DNA of 32,000 nucleotides from Faecalibaculum rodentium (GCF_001564455.1 NZ_CP011391.1:1650001-1682000); one strand, 5' to 3'; shown: positions 24,110 to 32,000, counted from the stretch's first letter. The notes: a model not told the origin generated them from the letters alone. Made by a program: numbers and translations.

Positions 24110-25786
24110 ATGAAACGAATCATTGAAGCCGCACTGCAGGACAGACCCTGCGATCTGGTGCTGAAAAACGCCAGAATCGTGAATGTCTTCACCGACCAGA
24201 TCCTGGAAGGAGACATCGGGATCTGCGGCGGCCGGATTGCCGGTATCGGCAGTATGGAAGGAAAGGAAGAAACCGACCTTCAGGGCCGCTTTGTACTCCC
24301 GGGATTCATCGACGCGCATCTGCACATAGAGAGTTCCATGGTGACGCCACAGGCTCTGTCACCAGTGCTGCTCAGTCACGGTGTGGCCACAGCCGTCTGC
24401 GATCCTCACGAAATCGCCAATGCCTGCGGGCTTCCGGGTATCCGGTTCATGCTCGACAGCGCCGGTCTGAGCCGGATGGACTACCGCTTCACGCTGCCCT
24501 CCAGCGTGCCCAGCTGTGACTTTGAAGTCAACGGCGCAGGCACCCTCTCGGCCCGGGACATGGAGCCGCTCCTTGCCCACCCAAGAGTGGCGGGGCTGGC
24601 GGAAGTCATGCGCATCCCGGATGTTCTCTCGGCCCGTCCGGAAATGATGGAAAAGCTGGCCGTGTTCCAAAGCGCCGGTCTGGTAATTGACGGTCATGCC
24701 CCTGCTCTGTCGGGACATCATCTGCAGGCTTACAAGGCAGCGGGGATCGAAAACGACCATGAAGCCATGACGGCGGAAGAAGCCATCGAACGGCTTCAGA
24801 ATGGATTCACTCTGTTCATCCGGGAAGGAAGCGGCGCCCGGAACCTGGAGCCGCTGCTTGGCGGTCTGCTCAATGCCCATATGCCGCTGACCCGCTGCTG
24901 TTTCTGCACAGATGACAAGCACATCGAAGACATCCTCCAGGAAGGGACCATTGACTGGTGTCTTCGCAAAGCCGTGTCCCTTGGATGTCCGCCGGTGGAA
25001 GCCGTGAAAATGGCCACACTCAACCCGGCTGTCCATTATCACCTGAAAAACAAAGGCGCCATTGCCCCGGGATACGAAGCGGATCTGGTGGTCGTGGATG
25101 ATCTCAAGGATTTCCGGATCCATGCGGTTTACAGGACCGGGCAGCCTGTGACGGAACCAGCCGCAGGTCCGGCTGTGACAGGACAGCTGGAAGACACCGT
25201 GCATCTGCCGGCATTCACAGCCCGCGACCTTGAGCAGGCACTGCGCAAAGACCAGGTGATTGGACTGGTGGATCATGAGCTGTATACACTCAATCTGCCG
25301 GCTTCCTCCCTGACAGCGGATGACCTGGCGTCCTGCAGTTATGTCTGCGCCATGGAGCGCTATGGCAAAACCGGGGAATATGCCTGCGGACTGCTCAAAG
25401 GATTCAATCTCAAAGGCGGAGCCCTGGCGGCGAGCTACGGACACGACAGTCACAACATCATTGCAGCGGGAGACAGCTTTGAGGATCTGGCTCTGGCAAT
25501 CCACAAACTGGAGGAGATACATGGCGGGTATGTCCTGGTCCGGGAGGGCAGGATCGCTGCCACGCTGCCGCTTGACATCGGCGGGGTGATGAGCCGGGAG
25601 GATGCGCAGACGGTGGCCGATGCGGCACTGCGGATGAAGAAGCTGGCCCGGGATATGGGGGTATTGGAAGGGGTGGATCCTTTCGCCACGCTGTCCTTTC
25701 TGTCCCTGCCGGTGATTCCGGAGATCAGGATCACGCCCCAGGGCCTGTATGATGTGAAGAAACGACGGTTCCTGGATCGGGACTGA
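24110..25786 (+). CDS. ade: adenine deaminase
   Basis: MKRIIEAALQDRPCDLVLKNARIVNVFTDQILEGDIGICGGRIAGIG...LPGFIDAHLHIESSMVTP is the amidohydrolase metal site in the Ade family pattern. The start is chosen at 24110 by homology pattern; the track ORF begins at 24050. Confidence 0.9.
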   Translation: MKRIIEAALQDRPCDLVLKNARIVNVFTDQILEGDIGICGGRIAGIGSMEGKEETDLQGRFVLPGFIDAHLHIESSMVTPQALSPVLLSHGVATAVCDPHEIANACGLPGIRFMLDSAGLSRMDYRFTLPSSVPSCDFEVNGAGTLSARDMEPLLAHPRVAGLAEVMRIPDVLSARPEMMEKLAVFQSAGLVIDGHAPALSGHHLQAYKAAGIENDHEAMTAEEAIERLQNGFTLFIREGSGARNLEPLLGGLLNAHMPLTRCCFCTDDKHIEDILQEGTIDWCLRKAVSLGCPPVEAVKMATLNPAVHYHLKNKGAIAPGYEADLVVVDDLKDFRIHAVYRTGQPVTEPAAGPAVTGQLEDTVHLPAFTARDLEQALRKDQVIGLVDHELYTLNLPASSLTADDLASCSYVCAMERYGKTGEYACGLLKGFNLKGGALAASYGHDSHNIIAAGDSFEDLALAIHKLEEIHGGYVLVREGRIAATLPLDIGGVMSREDAQTVADAALRMKKLARDMGVLEGVDPFATLSFLSLPVIPEIRITPQGLYDVKKRRFLDRD

Positions 25787-25893
25787 CGGACCAGGACAGG
25801 CAGTCGGTGCTCCTGTCACGTCAGTCGGGCATCCCCGTCGGGAAACCGGCTGTCTACGGATACAATCGGAAGCAGAAACAGGGGGACAGGAAC

Positions 25894-26151
25894 ATGAGCG
25901 AACAGGAAACTCACAGTGTCATGGCGGTGGTGGCAGCCAAAGAGGGACAGTATGACGAGATTGCGCCGGAGATCGATCCACACGGAGACCCGGTGTTCCG
26001 TGCTGCATTCAAGACCGCAGAAGGGGTGAAGATTTTCTGGATCACCTCCGAAGAGTATTACCGCCTGAAGGTCGGCATGAAGGGACTGCTCACGTGGGAG
26101 GGCGACGAACTGGTTTCCTTCGGGAACTGGATCAAGCCCTTTGAAATCTAG
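25894..26151 (+). CDS. small cytoplasmic protein of unknown function (85 aa; pattern weakly reminiscent of DUF2500)
   Basis: GGGGGA lies 8 nt before ATG 25894 and codon usage resembles the neighbours. The YxL..G..GxLxxxGxxxxSF pattern near the C-terminus (YRLKVGMKGLLTWEGDELVSFGNW) gives the DUF2500 hint. A strong terminator follows. Confidence 0.55.
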   Translation: MSEQETHSVMAVVAAKEGQYDEIAPEIDPHGDPVFRAAFKTAEGVKIFWITSEEYYRLKVGMKGLLTWEGDELVSFGNWIKPFEI

Positions 26152-26175
26152 TGATAGGGCTGTCGACAGATATTT

Positions 26176-26220
26176 AAAAACCCGGATACCTTCACACAGG
26201 TGAAGATATCCGGGTTTTTT
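26176..26220. terminator. bidirectional intrinsic terminator between convergent genes
   Basis: AAAAACCCGGATACCTTCAC-ACAG-GTGAAGATATCCGGGTTTTTT. The T-run overlaps the sfsA stop codon (TAA, 26221-26219). Confidence 0.75.
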
Positions 26221-26977
26221 AGTCCGTATCCTGGCTGTCTTTCCGGCAGACCATGGCTTGTGGCGACTGTTCCACCGACCGGCCAATGATTGAAACCTCC
26301 TCCGGCTTCACATCACAGGCCATATGCCAGATCTCCACGCCGGCTTCCCTTGCCTCCTGCAGGGATGCGGCGAATGCCGGATCGTGGTCTGCGTTGGCCA
26401 GCACATGCGTGACACCATTGACAGGGATCACAAAGGCCACGATGGTGCGGATTCCCTGTCTTCTCAGAGCTGTCAGTTCCCTGACATGCCTGGTTCCGCG
26501 GATGGTGGGCGCATCGGGAAAGAATCCCTGGCCATCCACTTCCAGGGTGCAGCCCTTGACCTCCATCCACACCGGTCTGCCATCCTTCTCCAGATAGAAG
26601 TCAAAGCGCGATCCCCCGCACATGGCTTCAGGCTTCACCACGTCAAACTCGCCACTCGCCGCCAGCCAGTCCTTCATGAGGCGGTTGGGCAGCGAGGAAT
26701 CGATGTTGATCACTCTCCGGCCCGGTTTTTCGGCCGCAATCAGCGAATACCGGGTTTTCCGGCTTCCGCCTGCTGCGGCAGGTTCCAGCCATACCCGGGT
26801 CCCGGGCTGCAGGATCTCCCTGCAGCGTCCCGTATTCTTCACATGGACGGTTTCAGGCTGGCTGTTTATAAGCACCTGCGCCACAAAACGGTTGGGCCGG
26901 CTGACAAACTCGGCTGATACCAGTCCACTGGCGATCTTCACCGGGCTCTCACTCGGACAGCAGCCACTGTCTGGCAA
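26219..26977 (-). CDS. sfsA: SfsA family protein (sugar fermentation stimulation protein; OB-fold plus PD-(D/E)XK nuclease-like fold)
   Basis: LVSAEFVSRPNRFVAQVLINSQPETVHVKNTGRCREILQPGTRVWL...RYSLIAAE...VINIDSSLPNRL...FDFYLE...WMEVKGCTL...FPDAPTIRGTRHVRELT is the SfsA pattern. The start is either ATG 26977 (29-nt overlap with the upstream gene) or GTG 26941 (8 nt after its stop). Confidence 0.85.
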   Translation of the reverse strand: MPDSGCCPSESPVKIASGLVSAEFVSRPNRFVAQVLINSQPETVHVKNTGRCREILQPGTRVWLEPAAAGGSRKTRYSLIAAEKPGRRVINIDSSLPNRLMKDWLAASGEFDVVKPEAMCGGSRFDFYLEKDGRPVWMEVKGCTLEVDGQGFFPDAPTIRGTRHVRELTALRRQGIRTIVAFVIPVNGVTHVLANADHDPAFAASLQEAREAGVEIWHMACDVKPEEVSIIGRSVEQSPQAMVCRKDSQDTD

Positions 26978-29381
26978 TGCGGCTGCCGCGCTTCAGCGCT
27001 TCATGAATCAGTATATGGGCTCTGCGCTGATCTGCCGGAACCCCCAGGCCATTCATATAGGCGTATCCCAGCAATGCGTAGCCATCCCCGATGCCGGCCT
27101 TCGCTGCCGTCTCAAGATACTTCACGCCCTGTGCGGGGTCTGTCTCCAGCATGGCTTCTCCCAGGAGCAGACACGCATCCACATCTCCCATGTCCGCGGC
27201 TTTCTGCAAGTCATCGGTTCCCCGCTCATCCCCGGCCTGGATCCGGGCAATGCCCCGCCGGCGCAGGACCACAGCCTCAGTGGGGTCTTCGTGTACAACA
27301 GGCTGTGAGCCCGGTTCGCCGCCATCGGCAGCTTGTGCAGGCTGCGACTCTTCCACGGGTTCCGGCTGTGCCGTCTGTATTGCACCAGGGTTGTCCTCAT
27401 CGGCAGCCGGTTCTTCCGGCTCCTCCTTCACAGTCTCCGGTTCTTCGATCCCCAGCAGTTTTTCCACCTGTGCCTTCCGCGTTTTTTCCGGGTTCCCGGC
27501 CAGATAGGCCCGGGCATATGCTTCCTTTTTTTCAGGATCAGATTCCAGATAGGTCAGATAGTACAGGCTCTCGGGCCGTGTGTCCTTTGTCTGTTCCAGC
27601 AGTGTCTTCGCCCGTTCGGGATCAGCTGCCACGCCCTGTCCCTTCACCAGCAGCAGTGCCAGCAGATACTTCGCTTCCATGGAACCGCCTGCTGCCGCCT
27701 GTTCCAGAAACTCCGCCGCCAGGTCGTATTCCCCGGCATCATTCAGGACATGGGCAATCCGCAGGGATTTCCGGGTCTGTGCCTGTGTCTGTTCCTGCTT
27801 CTTTTCCCTCTCGGCTCTCCACTGACGCAGCTTCCGGCCCGCCAGATCCCGGGCCGCTTTTGTTCCCTGTCCCTCCGGTGCATCGAGGATCTCCTGCAGG
27901 GTGCGTTCTGCTTCCTCTTCCCGCTCCAGCTGCTTCAGCACCAGCGCCAGCTGCATCTTCGCCTTCGGACTTTCGTCCTTTGCCAGCCAGAATGCCGCCT
28001 GTTCAAGGTCCTGCTCAATACCCGTACCGCCGGCGTACCACATTCCCAGGTAATACGGCGCCTGGCTGTTGCCCAGGTCCGCTGCGTGCATCATCCACTG
28101 GAATGCCGCCTTTGGATCTGTCTCATTTTCGTGCATGCCGCTCGCCAGATAGGCGCCGAGTTTGTAGTTGGCCTCCGGATGGGACAGCCTGGCCGCTTCC
28201 TCCAGCGCCCGGCGCTCCTGCCGGAAATCGTTCACATCCGCATATCCCTTTGCCATGTTCATGAGGTCCCTGGCACTGACCTGCTTCGGCGCCGACACCG
28301 CTTCCTTCGCGTTGTATTCCCCGGCTGCCTTCAGGTAAGCCGGTTCTGCCGATGGTTCGTCCCAGACATCGAGCTTTTTCTGCAGCATCCCCCGGGTTTT
28401 GGCAGAGGAGGTTTTTGCCATGGCGTCTTTCGCCAGATCGAGGGCCGCCTGACGGTCCCCCAGTTCCTCCTTCACCAGCATGCGCTGGATTAGCGCCTTG
28501 ACAGAGTCATCCTGGGCCAGCCAGTGATCGGCCTGTTCCAGGTCCTTTTCGGTACCGACGCCATTGCGGTACCAGCTGCCGAGGTAATAGGGTGCCTGGG
28601 TACTGCCCAGGTCGGCGGCTTCCTTCATGTGGCGGAAGGCTTCCTGTTCGTCTTTTTCCGTTTCATGCATGCCGCTCGCCAGATAAGCCCCCATCTGGTA
28701 ATGGGCTTCGGGGTGTGAAAGCTCTGCCGCCCGCTGAAGATACTTCCATTCATTGCTCCGGTCGTTCACTTCGGCAAATCCGCGGCTGGCCAGCCACAGG
28801 TCGTTGGCCGACAGGCTCTCCGGAACATCGCTGTCCCGTTTCTCCTGATAGTCGCGGCCCGCCTGCCGTAGGGCTTCCTCGTGCTTTCGGTCGGCTTTTT
28901 TCATATGCATCCGGTTGTGCTCGTTTTTCCGAGACTGTGCCGCTTTTTCGCGCCAGATGTCCGCCTTTTCGTCATCCTCCCGGTGTTCGTAGATCTCCGC
29001 GATCTGTTCCATCGCCTTGATGTCTCCGGCTTCCGCCTTCAGGGACAGCGAAGCCAGCATCGGATCCTCGGGCTCCAGCAGACCCTGCAGCAGGGCCGCG
29101 ATCTGGTCTGTGTGAATGCCGGTGTGGATTTTGGACCTGCGTCCATCCGCATAGGTCAGTTCCAGAAAGCTTCCCGCTGCTTCAGCTCCTGTCAGGTCAT
29201 GGAGATCTGCCTGGTTGTTCTCCGGTACATGTACCTGCAGGTTGACGGGTGTCAGCGTGAAAACCGTCCGTCCGTGGTCCCGGCCTTCGATCTTCGGCCT
29301 TGTATGATGCAAGTCCAGCTGCCCTGCCCCCGAGGGGAGCTCCGCCAGAACTTTGTCTGCCAGATTCCATGTGAGTTTCAT
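26949..29381 (-). CDS. large cytoplasmic Sel1-like-repeat (TPR-superfamily) protein, 810 aa, with an unassigned N-terminal domain
   Basis: AGAGGTGA SD precedes ATG 29381. Multiple Sel1 units are present (..AxYxLGxxYxxGxGxxxDxxxAxxWxxxAA..), e.g. APYYLGSWYRNGVGTEKDLEQADHWLAQ, APYYLGMWYAGGTGIEQDLEQAAFWLAK, GYALLGYAYMNGLGVPADQRRA. No signal peptide. An acidic Pro/Glu linker spans aa 645-700. Confidence 0.85.
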   Translation of the reverse strand: MKLTWNLADKVLAELPSGAGQLDLHHTRPKIEGRDHGRTVFTLTPVNLQVHVPENNQADLHDLTGAEAAGSFLELTYADGRRSKIHTGIHTDQIAALLQGLLEPEDPMLASLSLKAEAGDIKAMEQIAEIYEHREDDEKADIWREKAAQSRKNEHNRMHMKKADRKHEEALRQAGRDYQEKRDSDVPESLSANDLWLASRGFAEVNDRSNEWKYLQRAAELSHPEAHYQMGAYLASGMHETEKDEQEAFRHMKEAADLGSTQAPYYLGSWYRNGVGTEKDLEQADHWLAQDDSVKALIQRMLVKEELGDRQAALDLAKDAMAKTSSAKTRGMLQKKLDVWDEPSAEPAYLKAAGEYNAKEAVSAPKQVSARDLMNMAKGYADVNDFRQERRALEEAARLSHPEANYKLGAYLASGMHENETDPKAAFQWMMHAADLGNSQAPYYLGMWYAGGTGIEQDLEQAAFWLAKDESPKAKMQLALVLKQLEREEEAERTLQEILDAPEGQGTKAARDLAGRKLRQWRAEREKKQEQTQAQTRKSLRIAHVLNDAGEYDLAAEFLEQAAAGGSMEAKYLLALLLVKGQGVAADPERAKTLLEQTKDTRPESLYYLTYLESDPEKKEAYARAYLAGNPEKTRKAQVEKLLGIEEPETVKEEPEEPAADEDNPGAIQTAQPEPVEESQPAQAADGGEPGSQPVVHEDPTEAVVLRRRGIARIQAGDERGTDDLQKAADMGDVDACLLLGEAMLETDPAQGVKYLETAAKAGIGDGYALLGYAYMNGLGVPADQRRAHILIHEALKRGSRIARQWLLSE
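27960..28817 (-). repeat. internal duplication inside the Sel1-repeat gene (two units of about 108 aa, offset 178 aa / 534 nt)
   Basis: Unit A (aa 189-296, nt 28494-28817) and unit B (aa 367-474, nt 27960-28283) align without gaps at roughly 55-60 percent identity by eye. They share an identical 20-nt block TGCATGCCGCTCGCCAGATA at 28666 and 28132. Confidence 0.7.
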
Positions 29382-29411
29382 ATCGTCACCTCTTTGTTTC
29401 TGTCACTCCAT

Positions 29412-29417
29412 ATTATA
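29412..29417 (-). promoter_or_regulatory. perfect -10 box (TATAAT) upstream of the Sel1-repeat gene
   Basis: Minus strand reads ..CCCCCGATATAATATGGAGTGACAGAAACAAAGAGGTGACGATATG. I found no convincing -35. Confidence 0.3.
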
Positions 29418-29454
29418 TCGGGGGAAGTCAGACACCCTCGGGTACATGACCCGC

Positions 29455-29500
29455 CCATCCATGCCTATGGTGGCCGGCAGGCCACCATAGGCATGGATGG
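29455..29500. repeat. perfect inverted repeat, 21-bp arms, 4-nt spacer
   Basis: CCATCCATGCCTATGGTGGCC-GGCA-GGCCACCATAGGCATGGATGG was verified base by base. No T-run lies on either side. Confidence 0.85.
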
Positions 29501-29591
29501 CTGTAGATGAGAGACAGGATCGTGTTCATGCTGCGGCTGTTTCGTCTGTCCCGCATCGACAACTGTGACAGCCTGCTTGTGGCTGCCCATG

Positions 29592-29626
29592 AAAAAAGCC
29601 AGCCTGTTCTCTCAGAAAGGCTGACT
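29592..29626 (-). terminator. intrinsic terminator of the amino-acid ABC transporter operon
   Basis: Minus-strand RNA reads AGUCAGCCU-UUCUGAGAGAAC-AGGCUGGCU (one mismatch), followed by UUUUUUC. It lies about 90 nt after the stop at 29716. Confidence 0.6.
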
Positions 29627-29715
29627 TTGTAATCGTTTGTATACTGCATTCCGACAGGCCGGGAGTCGGCTTCTTTCAGTTCCTGCAGGTATCATCTATC
29701 CGCCGTTCCAGTCTG

Positions 29716-30543
29716 TCAGACCTCTGACAGACTGGATGGGCGGACTGGGCTGACAGACAGCTTTCCGATGAACTCCTGCACCCGCTGTTTGTCGGATGCA
29801 AAGAGCTGTTCCGGCGTTCCCTGTTCCACGATTTCTCCGTTTTCCACAAAAATGATCCGGTCGGATACTTCCCTGGCAAACTCCAGCTCGTGTGTCACGA
29901 TCACCATGGTCATATGCTGTGCCGCCAGCTGTTTGAGAACGTTGAGCACATCGGCAGTGAGCTCCGGGTCCAGTGCCGAAGTCGGCTCATCCAGAAACAG
30001 GATCTCCGGTTTCAGTGCCAGGGCCCTGGCCACGCTCACCCGCTGCTGCTGTCCGCCGGAGAGCTCACAGGGATAGGCATCGGCCTTGTCCGCCAGACCG
30101 AACTGTTCCAGCAGCTTCAGGGCTTCCTGTTTTGCCTGTTCTCTGTCCTGCTTCAGGACCCGCACCGGTGCATCCATGACGTTTTTCAGCACCGAATAAT
30201 GCGGAAACAGGTTGAAGTTCTGGAACACCAGTCCAAAACTCCGATGGATTTTCTGGAGCTGTGCCTGGGACGCATAGACCGCATCGCCACCCTGGCCATC
30301 GACAGCTTCACACGCCCAGACCCCACTGTATCCCAGGGATCCGCCATCCATGGTTTCCAGCATGGTCGCGCACCGCAGGAGTGTCGATTTTCCGGACCCG
30401 GAAGGACCGATGACCGACACGATTTCTCCATTGCGGACAGACAGGGATATGTCCTTGAGCACCTGGTTGTCGCCGAAAGCCTTCCGCATATGGCGAATGG
30501 TCAGGAGTTCGCGGTCTTTGCCGTTCTGACTTGTTTCATTCAT
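29716..30543 (-). CDS. amino-acid ABC transporter ATP-binding protein (GlnQ/ArtP-like)
   Basis: AGGAGG SD. Walker A is GPSGSGKST, Q-loop FQNFNLFPH, signature LSGGQQQRVSVARAL, Walker B ILFLDEPTSALD and H-loop VIVTHE. An unusual 13-aa C-terminal tail (SVSPVRPSSLSEV) is present. Confidence 0.9.
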   Translation of the reverse strand: MNETSQNGKDRELLTIRHMRKAFGDNQVLKDISLSVRNGEIVSVIGPSGSGKSTLLRCATMLETMDGGSLGYSGVWACEAVDGQGGDAVYASQAQLQKIHRSFGLVFQNFNLFPHYSVLKNVMDAPVRVLKQDREQAKQEALKLLEQFGLADKADAYPCELSGGQQQRVSVARALALKPEILFLDEPTSALDPELTADVLNVLKQLAAQHMTMVIVTHELEFAREVSDRIIFVENGEIVEQGTPEQLFASDKQRVQEFIGKLSVSPVRPSSLSEV

Positions 30544-30554
30544 CCCAGGTCCTC

Positions 30555-31205
30555 CTAATTCCGGTAGTAGGCATAGTGTTTCTCAATGCGCTCCATGACG
30601 AAGCTGACAATGAGGTTGAACACATAGTAATACAGCCCGGCGATCATCAGCGGGACGATCGTGGCCTGCGCAGCCGCCAGCTGCTTGGCAATGGTGAACA
30701 TTTCCGCCACAGCGATCGCAAAAGCCAGCGAAGTGTCCTTGACCAGCGTGATGATTTCATTGGTCACTGCCGGCAGGACCTGCTTGATCAGCTGCGGCAG
30801 AATGATGTGAAAGAATGTCTGGGTCTTCGAGTATCCCAGCACTTTCGCCGCTTCATACTGGCCCTTGGGCATGGCCTGCAGGCCGCTGCGGTAGATCTCT
30901 GCAAAATATGCCGCATAGTTCAGGACAAACGCCAGGATCACCGCGATGAACCGGTAATCCGCACCAACCCGTATCCTGAAGAGATAATAGGGACCAAAGT
31001 ACACGACGATCAGCTGCAGCATCAGGGGTGTGCCCCGCATGACAGATATATAGAACTTGGTGACCGCACTCAGGATCCGGTTTTTCGACATCCGGCCAAA
31101 TGCCACCACCATGCCCAGCGGCAGGGAGAACAGCAGGGTCAGGAAGAAAATCTCCAGAGAGACAAGAAGTCCCGATCCCAGCTCCGTGAATGTCTGCAAA
31201 TCCAT
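30555..31205 (-). CDS. amino-acid ABC transporter permease (His/Glu/Gln/Arg/opine family)
   Basis: Polytopic membrane protein with the EAA-type loop AYFAEIYRSGLQAMPKGQYEAAKVLG. Confidence 0.9.
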   Translation of the reverse strand: MDLQTFTELGSGLLVSLEIFFLTLLFSLPLGMVVAFGRMSKNRILSAVTKFYISVMRGTPLMLQLIVVYFGPYYLFRIRVGADYRFIAVILAFVLNYAAYFAEIYRSGLQAMPKGQYEAAKVLGYSKTQTFFHIILPQLIKQVLPAVTNEIITLVKDTSLAFAIAVAEMFTIAKQLAAAQATIVPLMIAGLYYYVFNLIVSFVMERIEKHYAYYRN

Positions 31206-31211
31206 TCAGGA

Positions 31212-32000
31212 TCAGTCCGCCTTGTCTGCGCGGTATTTGTCAATCACAAGGAAGTCCTTCAGACCGTATTTGTCTGCAATCTTGTCCACTGTTCCGTCGT
31301 CATACAGCTTGTAGACATCTTCCTGGACCTTGTCCTTCAGTTCATCGTTGCCCTTCAGGAACCCGATAGCGTACACCTCGGACGCAAGAGGCTTCTCCAG
31401 TTTCCGGAATTCACCCTCCCGGCTGGCCAGCTGGTAGTCTGCCACGCCGACGTCCATCGCCACGGCATCCAGACCGCCGGCTTCCAGGTCCATCATGGCC
31501 GTGTTGTAGTCCGCATACTGTGTGAGGTTTGCGAAGCTGTCCATCAGGGCTTTGTGATCCTCGGATTCCAGGGCAGCGAGTGCGGAGGAATCCTTCTGGA
31601 CACCCACGTTTTTGCCGGCGAGGTCTTCGGCTGTCTTCACATCTGAATCAGCCGGCACCACAAATACCTGGGAGTTGTCGATATAGGGGGTGCTGAAGGT
31701 GTACTGGTCTTCCCGGCCATCCATGGTGAACCCGTTCCAGATGCAGTCAATGGTGCCGCTGGAGAGCTCCATGTCCTTGGCATCCCAGTCAATGGGCTGC
31801 TTCACAAGTTCCCAGCCCTCCATGTCAGCCACAGCCTGCGCCAGTTCCAGGTCAAAGCCGGTGTATTCGCCGTTTTCATCCTTGTAGCCATAGGGCGGGA
31901 ATTCCGCATCAAAGCCTACCGTAAAGGTCTGTTTGTCGCCGGTATCCTTTGCATCGGCAGCTGCCTGGTCTTCCGTCACCGTGCCGGCACATCCCGCCAG
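31212..32000 (-). CDS. amino-acid ABC transporter substrate-binding lipoprotein (family 3 SBP), 5' end beyond the window
   Basis: The frame stays open to base 32000, where it reads LAGCAGTVTEDQ (lipobox LAGC). FTVGFDAEFPPYGYKDENGEYTGFDLELAQAVA is typical of polar amino-acid binding proteins. The track start at 31979 is an internal GTG. Confidence 0.85.
   Translation of the reverse strand: MAGCAGTVTEDQAAADAKDTGDKQTFTVGFDAEFPPYGYKDENGEYTGFDLELAQAVADMEGWELVKQPIDWDAKDMELSSGTIDCIWNGFTMDGREDQYTFSTPYIDNSQVFVVPADSDVKTAEDLAGKNVGVQKDSSALAALESEDHKALMDSFANLTQYADYNTAMMDLEAGGLDAVAMDVGVADYQLASREGEFRKLEKPLASEVYAIGFLKGNDELKDKVQEDVYKLYDDGTVDKIADKYGLKDFLVIDKYRADKAD

Noticed and set aside
24359-25819. 486-aa minus-strand ORF
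   Set aside because: It is antisense to the adenine deaminase gene and is not protein-like.
27074-28493. Plus-strand ORFs of 396 and 386 aa (and 26622..27308, 28881..29510)
   Set aside because: These are antisense to the Sel1-repeat gene. They are extremely Pro/Ser/Arg- or Leu/Phe/Arg-rich. Such open frames are expected opposite a GC3-rich repeat gene.
29428-29649. 73-aa minus-strand ORF in the gap between the ABC operon and the Sel1 gene
   Set aside because: It spans both the terminator hairpin and the 21-bp palindrome, has no SD, and has implausible composition. The region is better explained as structured non-coding DNA.
30531-31646. 371-aa plus-strand ORF
   Set aside because: It is antisense to the ABC permease and substrate-binding genes, both of which have clear family signatures.

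Overview
GC-rich chromosomal segment with Firmicutes-style signals: AGGAGG-type Shine-Dalgarno sites, a CCA-encoding tRNA, an LCP wall-polymer ligase and a PTS. A choloylglycine (bile-salt) hydrolase suggests a gut anaerobe. I call 23 apparently intact CDS (two run off the window edges), 3 pseudogenes, one tRNA-Leu(CAG), about a dozen hairpin terminators and a few candidate promoter or operator sites. I saw no transposase, integrase, phage gene, CRISPR array or rRNA. Gene order: pcrA (partial), Rrf2 regulator, two tandem SIR2-like genes, membrane protein, LCP ligase, decayed alpha/beta-hydrolase, CwlT-like lysozyme, DHFR-like / 391-aa unknown / lipoprotein operon, SAM methyltransferase, Gfo/Idh/MocA oxidoreductase, 600-bp non-coding gap, MATE exporter, GH36 alpha-galactosidase, frameshifted sucrose PTS EIIBCA, damaged GH32 sucrose-6-P hydrolase, AraC regulator, choloylglycine hydrolase, tRNA-Leu, adenine deaminase, small protein, SfsA, 810-aa Sel1-repeat protein, amino-acid ABC transporter. 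The best candidate for something undescribed is the module at 1490-3675. It is an Rrf2 regulator divergent from two overlapping, paralogous SIR2-fold proteins that lack the catalytic His (Gln and Glu instead) and the zinc-ribbon cysteines. They look like class-M (SirTM) sirtuins but have no macrodomain, GcvH-L or LplA2 partner in the window. Secondary items: a Sel1-repeat giant translationally coupled to the SfsA nuclease-fold gene, a perfect 21-bp-arm palindrome, a structured 600-bp gap upstream of the MATE gene, and a decaying sucrose locus. The many long antisense ORFs in the track are GC-driven artefacts. All family assignments rest on motif recognition by eye; no database search was possible.
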